Positions 10,099 to 20,488 of a stretch of 64,000 bases of DNA are shown piece by piece. Source of the stretch: Savitreella phatthalungensis (lineage: Eukaryota); contig AP039706.1 of assembly GCA_051599415.1 (NCBI GenBank), positions 1 through 64,000 of the forward strand. Direction: 5' to 3'. The notes under the pieces were generated by a model, which searched no databases, was not told the origin of the DNA, and was given only the letters and a program-made list of their open reading frames with translations. A program made the position numbers and the translations under genes. Every line of letters starts with the position of its first letter. Positions within the stretch are counted from its first letter, which is position 1.

Positions 10099-10489
10099 TA
10101 CCTCTACGGTACGTCGCGTCTTTTATGCTCAACCCCACATCGTTAAACCTGTCAACTCAATTTGACCTCGGACAGCTTCGTCGTTGCGTAAAGACTCACT
10201 CGGATGCACGAAAATGCAAAAAGGTCGCTCTTCAGGCTCAATCATCGCCGTGTTGAGCTCTCTCAGGCAGTCTCTGTGACCTTACCATGTCGTCGTCCTT
10301 CAAAGTCTGCCGACGGCCGATGATGTGAAAGCAATCTACATCATCCGGCCACGTGACCTTGAGCGTGAGAAAAGTTCAGATCATATGTGCTGGCCAATTA
10401 TGATGCACGTGCTTGCGCCGAAAGTTTTGCGGGAAGCACACAAGAGGACGACAGCTATAATCGAGAACACATTAAGACATATCTACATC

Positions 10490-10702
10490 ATGGAGTCTGC
10501 AGCAGCAAAGCAGCCCGTCAAGCTTGCCAAGGTCACAAAGGTGCTCGGCCGCACCGGCTCGCGTGGTAACGTAACACAGTGCCGCGTCGAGTTCATGGAG
10601 GATTCGACTCGTTCGATCGTGCGCAACGTCAAAGGCCCCGTGCGCGAGAACGACATTCTGTGCCTGCTCGAATCTGAGCGCGAGGCTCGCCGTCTGCGCT
10701 AA
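10490..10702 (+). CDS. RPS28: 40S ribosomal protein S28 (eS28), 70 aa, intronless
   Basis: [19 protein letters not shown]...[29 protein letters not shown] at 10490. Confidence 0.97.
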   Translation: MESAAAKQPVKLAKVTKVLGRTGSRGNVTQCRVEFMEDSTRSIVRNVKGPVRENDILCLLESEREARRLR

Positions 10703-11269
10703 GATGTCGCCAGAAAGGGACGCGCGACGATCCAAACAGTCGGTCTGTATAGGCTCATTCCGACATCACGACCTGCCTTTGAGCAAAACGAACCAAAATC
10801 TCTCTTATTAGGGCTGTGATATTTACATTCCTTTTCTGCCCAGTGCCATCCGCTTCTATCTATTTGTTTCGCCGAGTTGCGCAGCGAATGCTTGCATTCC
10901 GGATGACTACCCGGGCTCGTCACACTTCTGTCTGGCTTGCAAGGCTATGCAGGCGTGGTTCGTACCGTGCAGAGCCTGTCTGAGCCGAGATTGTTGCGCT
11001 CGACGCATGTCGCTTGGTCCGCCCACGCCGCATGCGCATTTCGTCTTCATTCGACAGGCTATCATGGCCCTGTAATCGTGTCGCATTTACCCACTGGTGG
11101 TGTCCTGTGAGGCCAGTCGGCTGTAGTTGTGTCAGCGGAAAGCACCCGCCCGCAGTCGTAGAACCACCCACATATTGGTTTTCCTCGGTGCGGGATCCTG
11201 TCATTGCCAATTCGCTGCCAGATCTATATCCGTCCTTTCATTAGACGATGGTGACGCCAATCGAAGCGC

Positions 11270-11899
11270 TTATTCATCCTCGGTATGCACGGCTCCTGAT
11301 TTTGCCTCTATCCGGGTGGGAGTTCCCTCTGCTCCCCAGAACAAGAGCAGTTGATCTGCGTACCTCTGAAGGTCCTCCAGCGGAACAAGCAAACGGAAGT
11401 CATTCATAAGGAGGAACTGGAACTCAAGGTGGTTGAGCTCTGCTAGCGGGAGACCACCAACTTTGGCATATCGTGAATTGGTGTAAAAGACATCGCTGCA
11501 AAACTTCGAGGCCACAACGATGCCAGCAATGACCAGTCTGTGCACGTTGAAGGAGTCAACGGCAAAGTGTGTCGTGCTCGCCCTGCTGAGTCGATCGAAG
11601 TAGACGAGCAGGCAGAGAAAGATGTCGCTAGACATCGGGCAATATTTGAGAATTCTCATCAGATAGGCTTGTATCGAGATTGAAGGAATATTGCGGGCAT
11701 GAAAGGCCAAGAGCGGCGAGCCGGCCTTCGGCGTGTAATTGCTGCCGTTGTTTGACGTGTTAAGCCGATCGTTGGCCGTTGTGATCTTTGTCAGCAGGGC
11801 GGCAAGCATTACGAGCAGCTCATTCTGCGGAAACGTCGCGATGTCGAGTGAAGGAAGGTCCGCCCTGTCCTTTTCTGGCGGATCGCCGGGTATATCCAT
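11270..11899 (-). CDS. Pho85-type cyclin (PCL6/7, Pho80 family)
   Basis: FHARNIPSISIQAYLMRILKYCP, NVHRLVIAG..VASKF.SDVFYTNSRYAKVGG; first ATG at 11899. Confidence 0.9.
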   Translation of the reverse strand: MDIPGDPPEKDRADLPSLDIATFPQNELLVMLAALLTKITTANDRLNTSNNGSNYTPKAGSPLLAFHARNIPSISIQAYLMRILKYCPMSSDIFLCLLVYFDRLSRASTTHFAVDSFNVHRLVIAGIVVASKFCSDVFYTNSRYAKVGGLPLAELNHLEFQFLLMNDFRLLVPLEDLQRYADQLLLFWGAEGTPTRIEAKSGAVHTEDE

Positions 11900-12068
11900 G
11901 AAGTACCTGTCAATACCGCATGACACGCACAATCGAGGCCCGTCTCGTCATGTCGTTTATGCTGTGCATAGAGATTTTTGTGATCCCTCTCATTCGAATT
12001 CAAGGCTGCGTGCGCCATTAGTGGAGGTCGGAAAAAATGCAGCCAATGAATAATGACACATAGGCGTC

Positions 12069-13451
12069 ATGCTTGCAGAAGAGGTTGCGCGGCACAACAA
12101 GCGTGATGATCTTTGGGTGATCCTCTATGGACAAGCCTGGGATTTGTCGACTTTTGTGGAGAATCATCCCGGCGGCGTAGCCAGTATCTTGCGATATGCC
12201 GGCCTGGATGCTACCGAAGCATTTGATCCCGTCCATCCGCCGGGCATATTGGCCACATTGGACCCTGGTCTGCGCAAGGGCGATGTAGAGGGATCGACTC
12301 TGACTGTGAAACCCCGTGACACAAATTCGGATGTCCTACCACTCGATGCCATCCTCAACCTGGATGACTTCGAAGCAAACGCGCAAAAATCGGTGTCGCC
12401 TCGTGCGTGGGCGTACTTTTCCTCAGCTGCCGATACAGAGTGGACACATATCAACAACAGGGTCGCGTACGAGAAGCTCCTCTTTCGCCCGCGCGTTCTG
12501 CGGGATGTGAGGAAGATCGATCTAAGCGTTCAGCTCCTTGGCTATAAGAGTACTCTTCCAGTGTACACAGCACCCGCTGCAACGGCGAGGCTCTCGCATC
12601 CTGATGGAGAGGTAGCCATCGCAAAGGCTTGCGGAAGCCATGGTGTTTTTCAGTGCCTGTCGCAGCATGCAAGCTGTACGCTGGAGCAGGTTGCTCAAGC
12701 GAGGACCCCGGCGTTTTACCAACTATATTGCTTGCGATCAGATGACGACACGAAGAGCAAGATCCGACAGGCCTTAAGGGCCGGGTTCGCATCGATCTGG
12801 GTCACAGTCGATACGGCAAGCAACGGAACGCGCACGCGTGACGAGCGAAATAAGAACATCGAGGCTATGCGCACTGGCAACGTCAACACGGTCTCGCAGG
12901 CAACCGCTAACGCAACTAATCATACATGTCGCACGGCCTGGGAAGATCTTACCTGGATTATGCGCGAAGCTCGTGGGCTACCTGTGGTGCTCAAAGGCAT
13001 ACAGTCTGTCGAAGATGCGCTGCTGGCCAGGAAGGCTGGTTGCCGGGGCATCTGCATCAGTAATCACGGCGGTCGCAATCTGGAGTTCTCCCAACCATCA
13101 ATCTACGTGCTTTACGAGGTCTTCAAGTACGCTCCCGACCTCATCCGTGCGGAGGACTTTGACATATTCGTGGATGGCGGCATCAGACATGGCACAGACG
13201 TCATCAAAGCGCTTTGTCTCGGAGCTACGGCTGTTGGCATCGGACGCTCCCCACTGTACGCGCTCGCAAGTTACGGACAAGCTGGAGTCGAGAAGATGTT
13301 TGAGATTCTGAAGCAGGAATGCGAGTCCGTGATGAGACTCATCGGCTGCGACAGCGTGCGCAAACTCGGCCCGCACTACCTGAACATGCGCGCACTCGAC
13401 CGAGAAATTGATCACCAGGGCATCAAGAATGGCATTAAGAGTATGTTGTAG
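12069..13451 (+). CDS. Flavocytochrome b2-like FMN-dependent alpha-hydroxy acid dehydrogenase, 460 aa
   Basis: N-terminal cytochrome b5 domain (HPGG), SNHGGR, DGGIRHGTDVIKALCLGA. Confidence 0.92.
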   Translation: MLAEEVARHNKRDDLWVILYGQAWDLSTFVENHPGGVASILRYAGLDATEAFDPVHPPGILATLDPGLRKGDVEGSTLTVKPRDTNSDVLPLDAILNLDDFEANAQKSVSPRAWAYFSSAADTEWTHINNRVAYEKLLFRPRVLRDVRKIDLSVQLLGYKSTLPVYTAPAATARLSHPDGEVAIAKACGSHGVFQCLSQHASCTLEQVAQARTPAFYQLYCLRSDDDTKSKIRQALRAGFASIWVTVDTASNGTRTRDERNKNIEAMRTGNVNTVSQATANATNHTCRTAWEDLTWIMREARGLPVVLKGIQSVEDALLARKAGCRGICISNHGGRNLEFSQPSIYVLYEVFKYAPDLIRAEDFDIFVDGGIRHGTDVIKALCLGATAVGIGRSPLYALASYGQAGVEKMFEILKQECESVMRLIGCDSVRKLGPHYLNMRALDREIDHQGIKNGIKSML

Positions 13452-13476
13452 GCGGCGTACTTCTAAGTCTTCTGGG

Positions 13477-13671
13477 CTATTTGCCTGAGAGTTCTGATCC
13501 ACCTGTGGATTTGGTGGTCTGGCTCGTGATGGCAGCCTCGATGGCGGCCTCCTCCCAGTGCTCCTCAGTCGGAGCAGTCCCCGCGATGCGCGCGACTCCG
13601 CGCTTAGCCTGCGAAGCGTGGGTAATGCTTGGACGGATCAGTCCCGTGGTGCGAAGCGTGAGTCTGTACAT
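13477..13671 (-). CDS. Putative 64-aa microprotein with mitochondrial-presequence-like N-terminus
   Basis: MYRLTLRTTGLIRPSITHASQAKRGVAR...; TATAAAAA on the minus strand about 45 nt upstream; fills an otherwise empty slot in a dense gene array. Confidence 0.45.
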   Translation of the reverse strand: MYRLTLRTTGLIRPSITHASQAKRGVARIAGTAPTEEHWEEAAIEAAITSQTTKSTGGSELSGK

Positions 13672-13881
13672 ATTGTGGTGGGTTGGAGGAGAGTTGCGGT
13701 GCGGTGCACGGCCGTTTTTATACACGCCGAGATCCAGCACCAATCATGCGGGGAGTTGTTCCGATATCGCATGGGATACCTCGATACTTGGGGCACCTAA
13801 ATAGGCCTACCTAGGCCTACCTGTTTAATTTTGGGCCGCGGCTCCACAAGATCATCACACGTCACTCCCAAATAGATAAGC

Positions 13882-14748
13882 ATGGACATCATCAAGTACA
13901 GCCTGGGGACGGCCCTGGTCCTGTCTGTGGCTGCGGCGTCCGGCCTGTACGCCTTCCAGCTCAGTCTTATTTATCCTAGCTCACTGATGGACAGCCGGAG
14001 CATCGTAGACATTCCCCCGGACCATGGGATTGACCTCTGGGAGGAAATTTGGCTAGACTCGCTGGACGGGGAGCGCCTGCATTGTTACTTGATGCGAAGC
14101 GCGCAAGCAAAGGCTACAGTGATCTTCTATCATGCCAATGCCGGCAATATGGGGCATCGCTTGCCGATCGCAAGAGCACTTCTACAAATGGATGTCAATG
14201 TTTTCATGCTGAGTTACCGTGGCTACGGCCGCTCGACTGGTTATGCCGAGGAAAAAGGCATCAGACTCGACGCTCAAGCTGCTGTTGATTACATTCTGGG
14301 AATTGACGACCTTCGCTGCATGCCAATGTATGCGTTTGGCCAATCGATCGGCGGAGCGGTCGCCGTTGCCATTGTGCATCGTAACCCTGGGCGGTTCGCT
14401 GGTCTGATCATCGAAAACACCTTCACGTCGTTGCGTGACCTGATCCCGAGTGTTTTACCGCTTGCTACCTATCTAGCATGGTTGTGCCACCAAAAGTGGG
14501 ACACGCGCGCGATCATTAAAGCTATCGACTGCCCAATCCTGTTCCTATCGGGCGGCAAGGACGAGCTCGTGCCGCCAGCCCACATGAAGGCGTTATATGA
14601 GCTTGCCCAAGACAAAGAGTGGCATCTTTTCCGATGGGGCTCGCACAACGACACGATTTGTCAGCCCGGTTATATGGCTGCAGTGGCTGCATTCATAAAA
14701 CGTACGCACACGAGCGATCGAGTAAAATCTACTGAAAGTCGACTATAG
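13882..14748 (+). CDS. BEM46: BEM46/ABHD13-family alpha/beta hydrolase, 288 aa
   Basis: HANAGNMGHR, SYRGYG, GQSIGG nucleophile elbow, ENTFTS, DELVP, HNDT; N-terminal hydrophobic anchor. Confidence 0.9.
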   Translation: MDIIKYSLGTALVLSVAAASGLYAFQLSLIYPSSLMDSRSIVDIPPDHGIDLWEEIWLDSLDGERLHCYLMRSAQAKATVIFYHANAGNMGHRLPIARALLQMDVNVFMLSYRGYGRSTGYAEEKGIRLDAQAAVDYILGIDDLRCMPMYAFGQSIGGAVAVAIVHRNPGRFAGLIIENTFTSLRDLIPSVLPLATYLAWLCHQKWDTRAIIKAIDCPILFLSGGKDELVPPAHMKALYELAQDKEWHLFRWGSHNDTICQPGYMAAVAAFIKRTHTSDRVKSTESRL

Positions 14749-14797
14749 ACATGAATGTAATTGATTATAGTATCAGCTGGCGCATGACGACCGGTGA

Positions 14798-16234
14798 ATG
14801 AAGAGGTATGCTGGCGCACGGAGGGCCGATGCGGCTTCGATCTCCGCGTTCGAGGCGGATGATCTGACCGAGGTTGACTTGACCGCTCCTCAAGCGCAAA
14901 CTGAAAGCTCCGAAACGTATGACGAGGAAAATGATGATGACGACGAAAGCGACGAAGCTGCAGATGCCACGCAAATCAATGCATCGGCACCCGACTTGCA
15001 TGTTCACGAAGCTCCATCAGCGCAAGCACGGCGCTCATTAGATCTCCCTGATCTCGAAAAGCTGGCGATTTCTCGTGGGCGTACGGCTACACAGCGTCGG
15101 GACGTTGCGCGTGAGATCGTAGGCCATCTCAAGCCAATGCTGGACCCGCGCATTGAGCCTCAGAACGTCTCACGCGAGAAAGCAGCGATGTTGAGCTGCT
15201 TTAGGCCGACAAACTTGCCCCCAAAGTCAAGAAAGGAGGACAAACGGCATTTGAAGGAATACGAACGCTTACTGCGCAAATCCCTGAAGCACGAGGATCT
15301 GTCCCATCGTAAGCAAGGAAGATTCATCATCCAGCGCGCCAAACATCTCACCAACGCTGCTGACATCTGGGAAGAGGAAATCTTACCGGCGCTGGAGACT
15401 GGTCGAAGTGACTCGCGCACCAAAGCTCTTTCATGGAAAGGCCTGCCTACGAGATGTCGTGGCCGTGTTTGGGCGGTTTGCATTGGCAATGCGCTAGGAC
15501 TCAGCGATGACACCTTTTCGACAGCCCTAGCCAACGCACGCGAAACCTTGCGAGAGCTACGGGAGAAGCGGGCCGACGGACAGGACGACTCCGGTGAATT
15601 GATCACACTGGCATCTTTCGAGGCCATAGACGCGTGTATTGACGAGACATACGCTGACCTTGGGCTCTTTCAAGGGGAGGGGCCGCTGTTCGCGCCACTA
15701 CGAGATGTCCTCCATGCCTATCGCTTCTATCGCGCTGACGTTGAGTTCAATAAAGCTCTCTGTCCACTTGCGGCGCTTCTCTTGCTCAACGTTGGAGCAC
15801 CGGAGGCCTTTGTGATGATTGCCAATTTGCTTAATCGCCCGCTGATGCTCGCCCTCTATACGCTCGATCGCCCTGTCGTCGACCGAAGGCTGGCAGCCCT
15901 AAGTACCCGTTGCTCGCTTCACCTGCCCGAGCTGCACAAGCATCTACACGTCGACCTGGGGCTTGGACCTCGTGATTACTTAGACGCGCCATTGCGCTCT
16001 CTATTTGCGGCTCAGATGCCGATCGAGGTGGTCTCTCGTGTCTGGGACGTCTATCTATTCGAAGGCGACGCTTTCTTAATCAGGATGTGTCTAGCTCTGT
16101 TGCAAGTGCTCGAGACAGCTTTATACGGGAACGAGCAAGAAGTCCTGGATATCATGGCTGGCAAGGATCGGGAACATATCTGGAAAAGACGACTTTTTGA
16201 GGACGATTTCATGGAGCGCGTCAAGCGTTTCTAA
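14798..16234 (+). CDS. TBC-domain Rab GTPase-activating protein (TBC1D12/14-like), 478 aa
   Basis: RPTNLPPKS, WKGLPTRCRGRVW..IGN, LFQGEGPL..PLRDVL, RVWDVYLFEGD. Confidence 0.85.
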   Translation: MKRYAGARRADAASISAFEADDLTEVDLTAPQAQTESSETYDEENDDDDESDEAADATQINASAPDLHVHEAPSAQARRSLDLPDLEKLAISRGRTATQRRDVAREIVGHLKPMLDPRIEPQNVSREKAAMLSCFRPTNLPPKSRKEDKRHLKEYERLLRKSLKHEDLSHRKQGRFIIQRAKHLTNAADIWEEEILPALETGRSDSRTKALSWKGLPTRCRGRVWAVCIGNALGLSDDTFSTALANARETLRELREKRADGQDDSGELITLASFEAIDACIDETYADLGLFQGEGPLFAPLRDVLHAYRFYRADVEFNKALCPLAALLLLNVGAPEAFVMIANLLNRPLMLALYTLDRPVVDRRLAALSTRCSLHLPELHKHLHVDLGLGPRDYLDAPLRSLFAAQMPIEVVSRVWDVYLFEGDAFLIRMCLALLQVLETALYGNEQEVLDIMAGKDREHIWKRRLFEDDFMERVKRF

Positions 16235-16248
16235 AATCTGAAAATCCA

Positions 16249-17817
16249 TTATGCTCTGGTGCGCTGTCGAGGCGCTGCTTTGAGGATGTTGTCCACTCTC
16301 AAAAGCATCTGTGCTGCTTCACTAGCGGATGAGACCACCGATCGCTTGAGTTTGTGAGCCTCCAAGATGCCGAGCTCACGCACGTCTGCGATTTCGCCGA
16401 GCTCGAGATTCAAACCATATGTGGAGAGACCGTTGTAATGCGCAGACTTGAGCTTCGCCACGAGCTCGCTGGAGTCAAAACCAGCATTGTCTGCGAGAAT
16501 GGTCGGCAATTGACGCAGAGCTGAGGCAAACGCCTCGACAGCCAGAGCACGTTTGCCGGCCTCTCGCGTCGCGGCACCATCGACAGCCTTGGACATTAGC
16601 ATCTCTGCACAGCCACCGCCCAGGGTAACGCGCGTCTCGGCCACAGTCTGGCTGAGGACGGCGAGAGCATCGTGGAGCGAGCGCTCTGCTTCGTCCAGGA
16701 TCTGGTGCGTCGCGCCACGCAAGCAGATCGTGCATGCCTCACCCGCAGCCACGCCAGAGAATTTGATCATCTTATCCTCGCCGATGAGGATCTCCTCGAT
16801 CAGGTCGCATCGGCCCAGCCGTACACTCTCAGGGTGATCGAAGGTTGATGCAATCTCACCGCCCGTGACGAGCGCGAGACGTTCAATGCCGTCGAAGTCT
16901 GCATGCTCGATTGACATGATGCCAGCGTCAGCAAACAGCTGCTCTGGCCAGTTGTAGATGAGCTGTCTGTTGATGAAGCAGTTGATCCCATGAGCTTTGA
17001 TCTTGTCAACCTTTGCGCGCATCTTTTCCCGCTCAGCGCGCTCGAGCTCAGCGAGCTTGCCTGTTGAGTCGACCTTAACCCGCGCACCGAAAATCTTGAC
17101 CTTATCGTAGTCCATGGGTGTATTTGCGACGAGGATCTTGGCATTCTCAATACGCTTTGGCTGGTTTGTCCCGATCTGTTTTTCCAAGATGAATCCTTCG
17201 TCGAGGAATGAGTCTTGCAGCTTACCGCCTAATTTCTTGATGATCTGGATGCTGTCTAGATTCGTGCTGCCTTTCAGACGCAAGACAGCATCGACAGCAA
17301 GCTCGGAGAAGTGTACCTTGTCTTGGCTAAGAACTTTAGAGCTTAGAGTAGTACGGGCGATTGCAAGGAGATCTTGACGAAACGCAGCAGTGTCCGTGCC
17401 GTGGTCCACGGCTGATTTCTCCAGGGCTGCAAGAGCGGCTGAGGTCGCAATACGGAAGCCGTCAATGATCGTCTGTGGATGAACCTTGGCGTTGACGAGC
17501 TTCTCGGCCTCTCTAAGAAGCTCTGCCGCCAGGACCGTGACACTAGTGGTGCCGTCGCCAACCTCTGAGTCTTGTGTGACGGAGACGTTGACGAGCACTT
17601 TAGCCGCGGCGTTGTCGAGCGCTATCGACTTGAGAATCGTCGCGCCATCATTGGTTACCATCATCTCGCCGGTGGACGCACTCTGCAAAATCTTGTCCAT
17701 CCCCTTTGGCCCAAGAGTTGATTTGACCAGGTCCCCGACAGCGATAGCGCCGACGAAGGCAGACAGCCGGGCATTCTCACCACGCTCCTGCGTCGACTGG
17801 TCGTTGAACACATTCAT
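16249..17817 (-). CDS. CCT2: T-complex protein 1 subunit beta
   Basis: [60 protein letters not shown]. Confidence 0.97.
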   Translation of the reverse strand: MNVFNDQSTQERGENARLSAFVGAIAVGDLVKSTLGPKGMDKILQSASTGEMMVTNDGATILKSIALDNAAAKVLVNVSVTQDSEVGDGTTSVTVLAAELLREAEKLVNAKVHPQTIIDGFRIATSAALAALEKSAVDHGTDTAAFRQDLLAIARTTLSSKVLSQDKVHFSELAVDAVLRLKGSTNLDSIQIIKKLGGKLQDSFLDEGFILEKQIGTNQPKRIENAKILVANTPMDYDKVKIFGARVKVDSTGKLAELERAEREKMRAKVDKIKAHGINCFINRQLIYNWPEQLFADAGIMSIEHADFDGIERLALVTGGEIASTFDHPESVRLGRCDLIEEILIGEDKMIKFSGVAAGEACTICLRGATHQILDEAERSLHDALAVLSQTVAETRVTLGGGCAEMLMSKAVDGAATREAGKRALAVEAFASALRQLPTILADNAGFDSSELVAKLKSAHYNGLSTYGLNLELGEIADVRELGILEAHKLKRSVVSSASEAAQMLLRVDNILKAAPRQRTRA

Positions 17818-17881
17818 GAACGTCGTATAGTCGTTCGTCTAAATTGAGTGTTTCTACGAGCGACGGAAATTTTTAATAATG

Positions 17882-19159
17882 CTACGACGCGCTTTTGGAA
17901 GGAGCATCTTCAAAAATGCCACGGGCGATGCGTTTTCGACCATGGTCAACGATAGGTCCAATGGCATTGATCCACTTCTGACGCTTCTCGACGAGGCTGC
18001 GCAATGCAGCACTGCTTGTCTTTGTCAGGGCAACACCCTTGCGCTTGCCCTTCAGGTTGCGGTTCGATTTGAGGAAAGCCTGTTCGACTTGCTTGTCCAG
18101 GTCATCCAGAATTGTCTGGTACTCGTCTTTGGCCATCTCGTCCTGCGCGAGACTCAAGAGCTTCCGCTTCATAGAGTTGTTCCGTGCGATCTGGTATTTG
18201 AGATCATCCTGCAGTTGTCTGAGCTCTGCGCTGATCTCGTCGTCGGCAGTTTGAGACCAATCGAGACCATTCCCTTCGAGCAGTCCGATGTGAGTCAGTT
18301 CTCCCTGAACGCGTTCCTCCAGCTCACCGTAGTTCAACTTCACGGCAGGCACCCGACTGCCTTTGACTGCATCTTGTACTGATGACTCGCCGTCTGCATC
18401 CTCGTCAGCTTGAAGATCGTCTTCTTTCATGAGAGCTGAGAGTAGGCGCGTTGTCAGTGGCCCAGCTGAAACCATGTCTTGTTGTACGTTCTCGTCGTTC
18501 AGAGCAGCGGCATCCTCGCGTGGCGCCTGCCCAGAGTCCTGCCTTGGCGGTGGGCTATCGAGGCTGTCTTGCCAAAGCTCAAGATAATGCGTACCTAGAG
18601 GCGGAATGATGAACGGCGTCAACTGATCGCCAGGGTCCCTCAGCCAGCCGATATCCTCCTCCGTCAATGTGCGGAAATATGGCTCGACGCTCGTGTAGAA
18701 CGTGGTGATTGCAATCTGATTGGGTATCTTGACCTTAGTATAGTCGTCGGTACTGGGCTTTCCGGGCAGAAACTCTGCGAGATCAGAGGCCGGATAACTC
18801 GCAACACCTAGGCGACGCTTCTTGACAGGTTCGGGCTCCGGTGAATCTCCTTCGTCTAGGGCTACGTCGCTGAAGGGCGACCCCGTGCCTGCCTGCGCAT
18901 CTTCCTCCTGCTGATGTTCCTCAACTTTGACATCGACCCTCCTACGCAGACTGCCATACGTTTCCGCTAAAAGTTCTAAGTCACGGCGCAACGCGCGTGC
19001 GCGTGCCTCCGTCGAGGCCACAAGCGTCGACAGGCTCGCATTGAGGCTTGTAAGATCAGCTGAAGAGGGCACTGCGAGCTGTGTCACCAGCTTATTGAGG
19101 ACTGATGGAAGACTGAGGTCAGAGATCTCTTCTGACAAAATTGGCGGGCTTATAGGCAT
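17882..19159 (-). CDS. ADA3: SAGA/ADA subunit Ada3 (Ngg1), 425 aa
   Basis: KIPNQIAITTFYTSVEPYFR, IPPLG.HY, GPLTTRLLSAL, DDEISAELRQLQ, ILDDLDKQVEQAF. Confidence 0.9.
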   Translation of the reverse strand: MPISPPILSEEISDLSLPSVLNKLVTQLAVPSSADLTSLNASLSTLVASTEARARALRRDLELLAETYGSLRRRVDVKVEEHQQEEDAQAGTGSPFSDVALDEGDSPEPEPVKKRRLGVASYPASDLAEFLPGKPSTDDYTKVKIPNQIAITTFYTSVEPYFRTLTEEDIGWLRDPGDQLTPFIIPPLGTHYLELWQDSLDSPPPRQDSGQAPREDAAALNDENVQQDMVSAGPLTTRLLSALMKEDDLQADEDADGESSVQDAVKGSRVPAVKLNYGELEERVQGELTHIGLLEGNGLDWSQTADDEISAELRQLQDDLKYQIARNNSMKRKLLSLAQDEMAKDEYQTILDDLDKQVEQAFLKSNRNLKGKRKGVALTKTSSAALRSLVEKRQKWINAIGPIVDHGRKRIARGIFEDAPSKSAS

Positions 19160-19364
19160 GCTTGCTGAAGTGCACGCGAGCGTTGCTCACAGATCAACGA
19201 GACTTCTGTCTACGCACACATCAATGTGCTCGTGGAAGCTGAATGCAGCCAGCCGATCATGATTGATGATTGACGACTCAGACTTGCATGTATGCAACAA
19301 TATTGCTCGAATATGATACTCGAGAATTTACAAAATATACCGATGTGGTGCACGTGCACGGTTC

Positions 19365-20345
19365 TCACTCCTGAATTGTTTCCTCCGCGATGCGTTCCTG
19401 GTGCCGGAGACGCTGATCTATCGAGGGTCGCTGCCGCGAAGTCGATCGTCGCTCCGGCGAGATGGCTACATCTGCATTCGTGCCCACCTTGCGTCCACGC
19501 CTCCTGATCATGTCTTCGATCAATTCACGAACCCATTTGCGGTAAGCCTCTGCATCAATAATTACATTGCTGAGTGCCACGTCCTGAAAGCGCGAGTCTG
19601 CATCGAGCACGGGCTTCAAACGATCCAATAGAAGTCCAGTTTCCATAAGCACATGGACGCCGCAGTCGCTCCCGTTCTTTTGTTTCGGCGTGCTGGCAAC
19701 TACCATGTCAAAATGTCGCTCGAAGATCTGATCAATTGCTTTTGCGTATACATGGCAATCTGTCATTTTGTCTGCGTTGCTCGTCGGCAGAGAGTCATAA
19801 TACCATGCACATCCTTCTCTGACGCCGACGAGTAGCAGAGACCAGTGCGAACCCCCGGCTTTTGTTGGATCTACGTTGTCTGTGATGGGAATGAAGACGT
19901 ATTTCGCGTCAAGAAAGCCGTTCGGCAGGAGTGAATCGTCGATCACGCCATTCTGCTGGGCAATCGAGGCGAACAGAAAACCGATCGAGGGCCGCAGAAG
20001 GAGCAGGTCCTGTTGTAACAAGCCAAGCTTCTCGCGCTCCAGCCATTCGTAGATAAATTCGATGTTGCTGTCTTGTAGCCACTGATCGCTTTCGTAATTA
20101 TCAAGATCTTCTTGACGAAGGCAGACATCATAGTACTCGAGGACCGGACGCGACTGCGACCGTGAATGACCTCGAAAAATCCTTCGCATACCGTTGCGAG
20201 CTCGTGACAAGCTCAATCGCTTGTGTAGTTTCGATCGGCCTTCGCGCGTACTGTCATCGGACTCGCGCGACACAGGATCTGGTGAACGCGAATCATCTCG
20301 CAGATGCGCAGCTTCGGGCACTTGCAGCGTCGTGCTGGCTGACAT
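19365..20345 (-). CDS. Ulp1/C48-family cysteine protease, SENP8/NEDP1 (deneddylase)-like
   Basis: WLQDSNIEF, GGSHWSLL, YYDS, QKNGSDCGVH catalytic H-D-C; first ATG at 20345. Confidence 0.85.
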   Translation of the reverse strand: MSASTTLQVPEAAHLRDDSRSPDPVSRESDDSTREGRSKLHKRLSLSRARNGMRRIFRGHSRSQSRPVLEYYDVCLRQEDLDNYESDQWLQDSNIEFIYEWLEREKLGLLQQDLLLLRPSIGFLFASIAQQNGVIDDSLLPNGFLDAKYVFIPITDNVDPTKAGGSHWSLLLVGVREGCAWYYDSLPTSNADKMTDCHVYAKAIDQIFERHFDMVVASTPKQKNGSDCGVHVLMETGLLLDRLKPVLDADSRFQDVALSNVIIDAEAYRKWVRELIEDMIRRRGRKVGTNADVAISPERRSTSRQRPSIDQRLRHQERIAEETIQE

Positions 20346-20488
20346 TTGCAAATGCTCCTTTCGTATACTAGATCGTCGCACTGGTGCGTAGGTGCTGAAG
20401 TGCGATGCAAGACACCCTCTGATTCGAGGTTTTTCCGATGCTGAAGAAAGCGGAGCCGGTGTCTGGATAGTCGATTAGCCAGACACGC

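Noticed and set aside
10325..10489. N-terminal extension of RPS28 in the ORF track
   Set aside because: Begins at GTG; the conserved protein starts at ATG 10490
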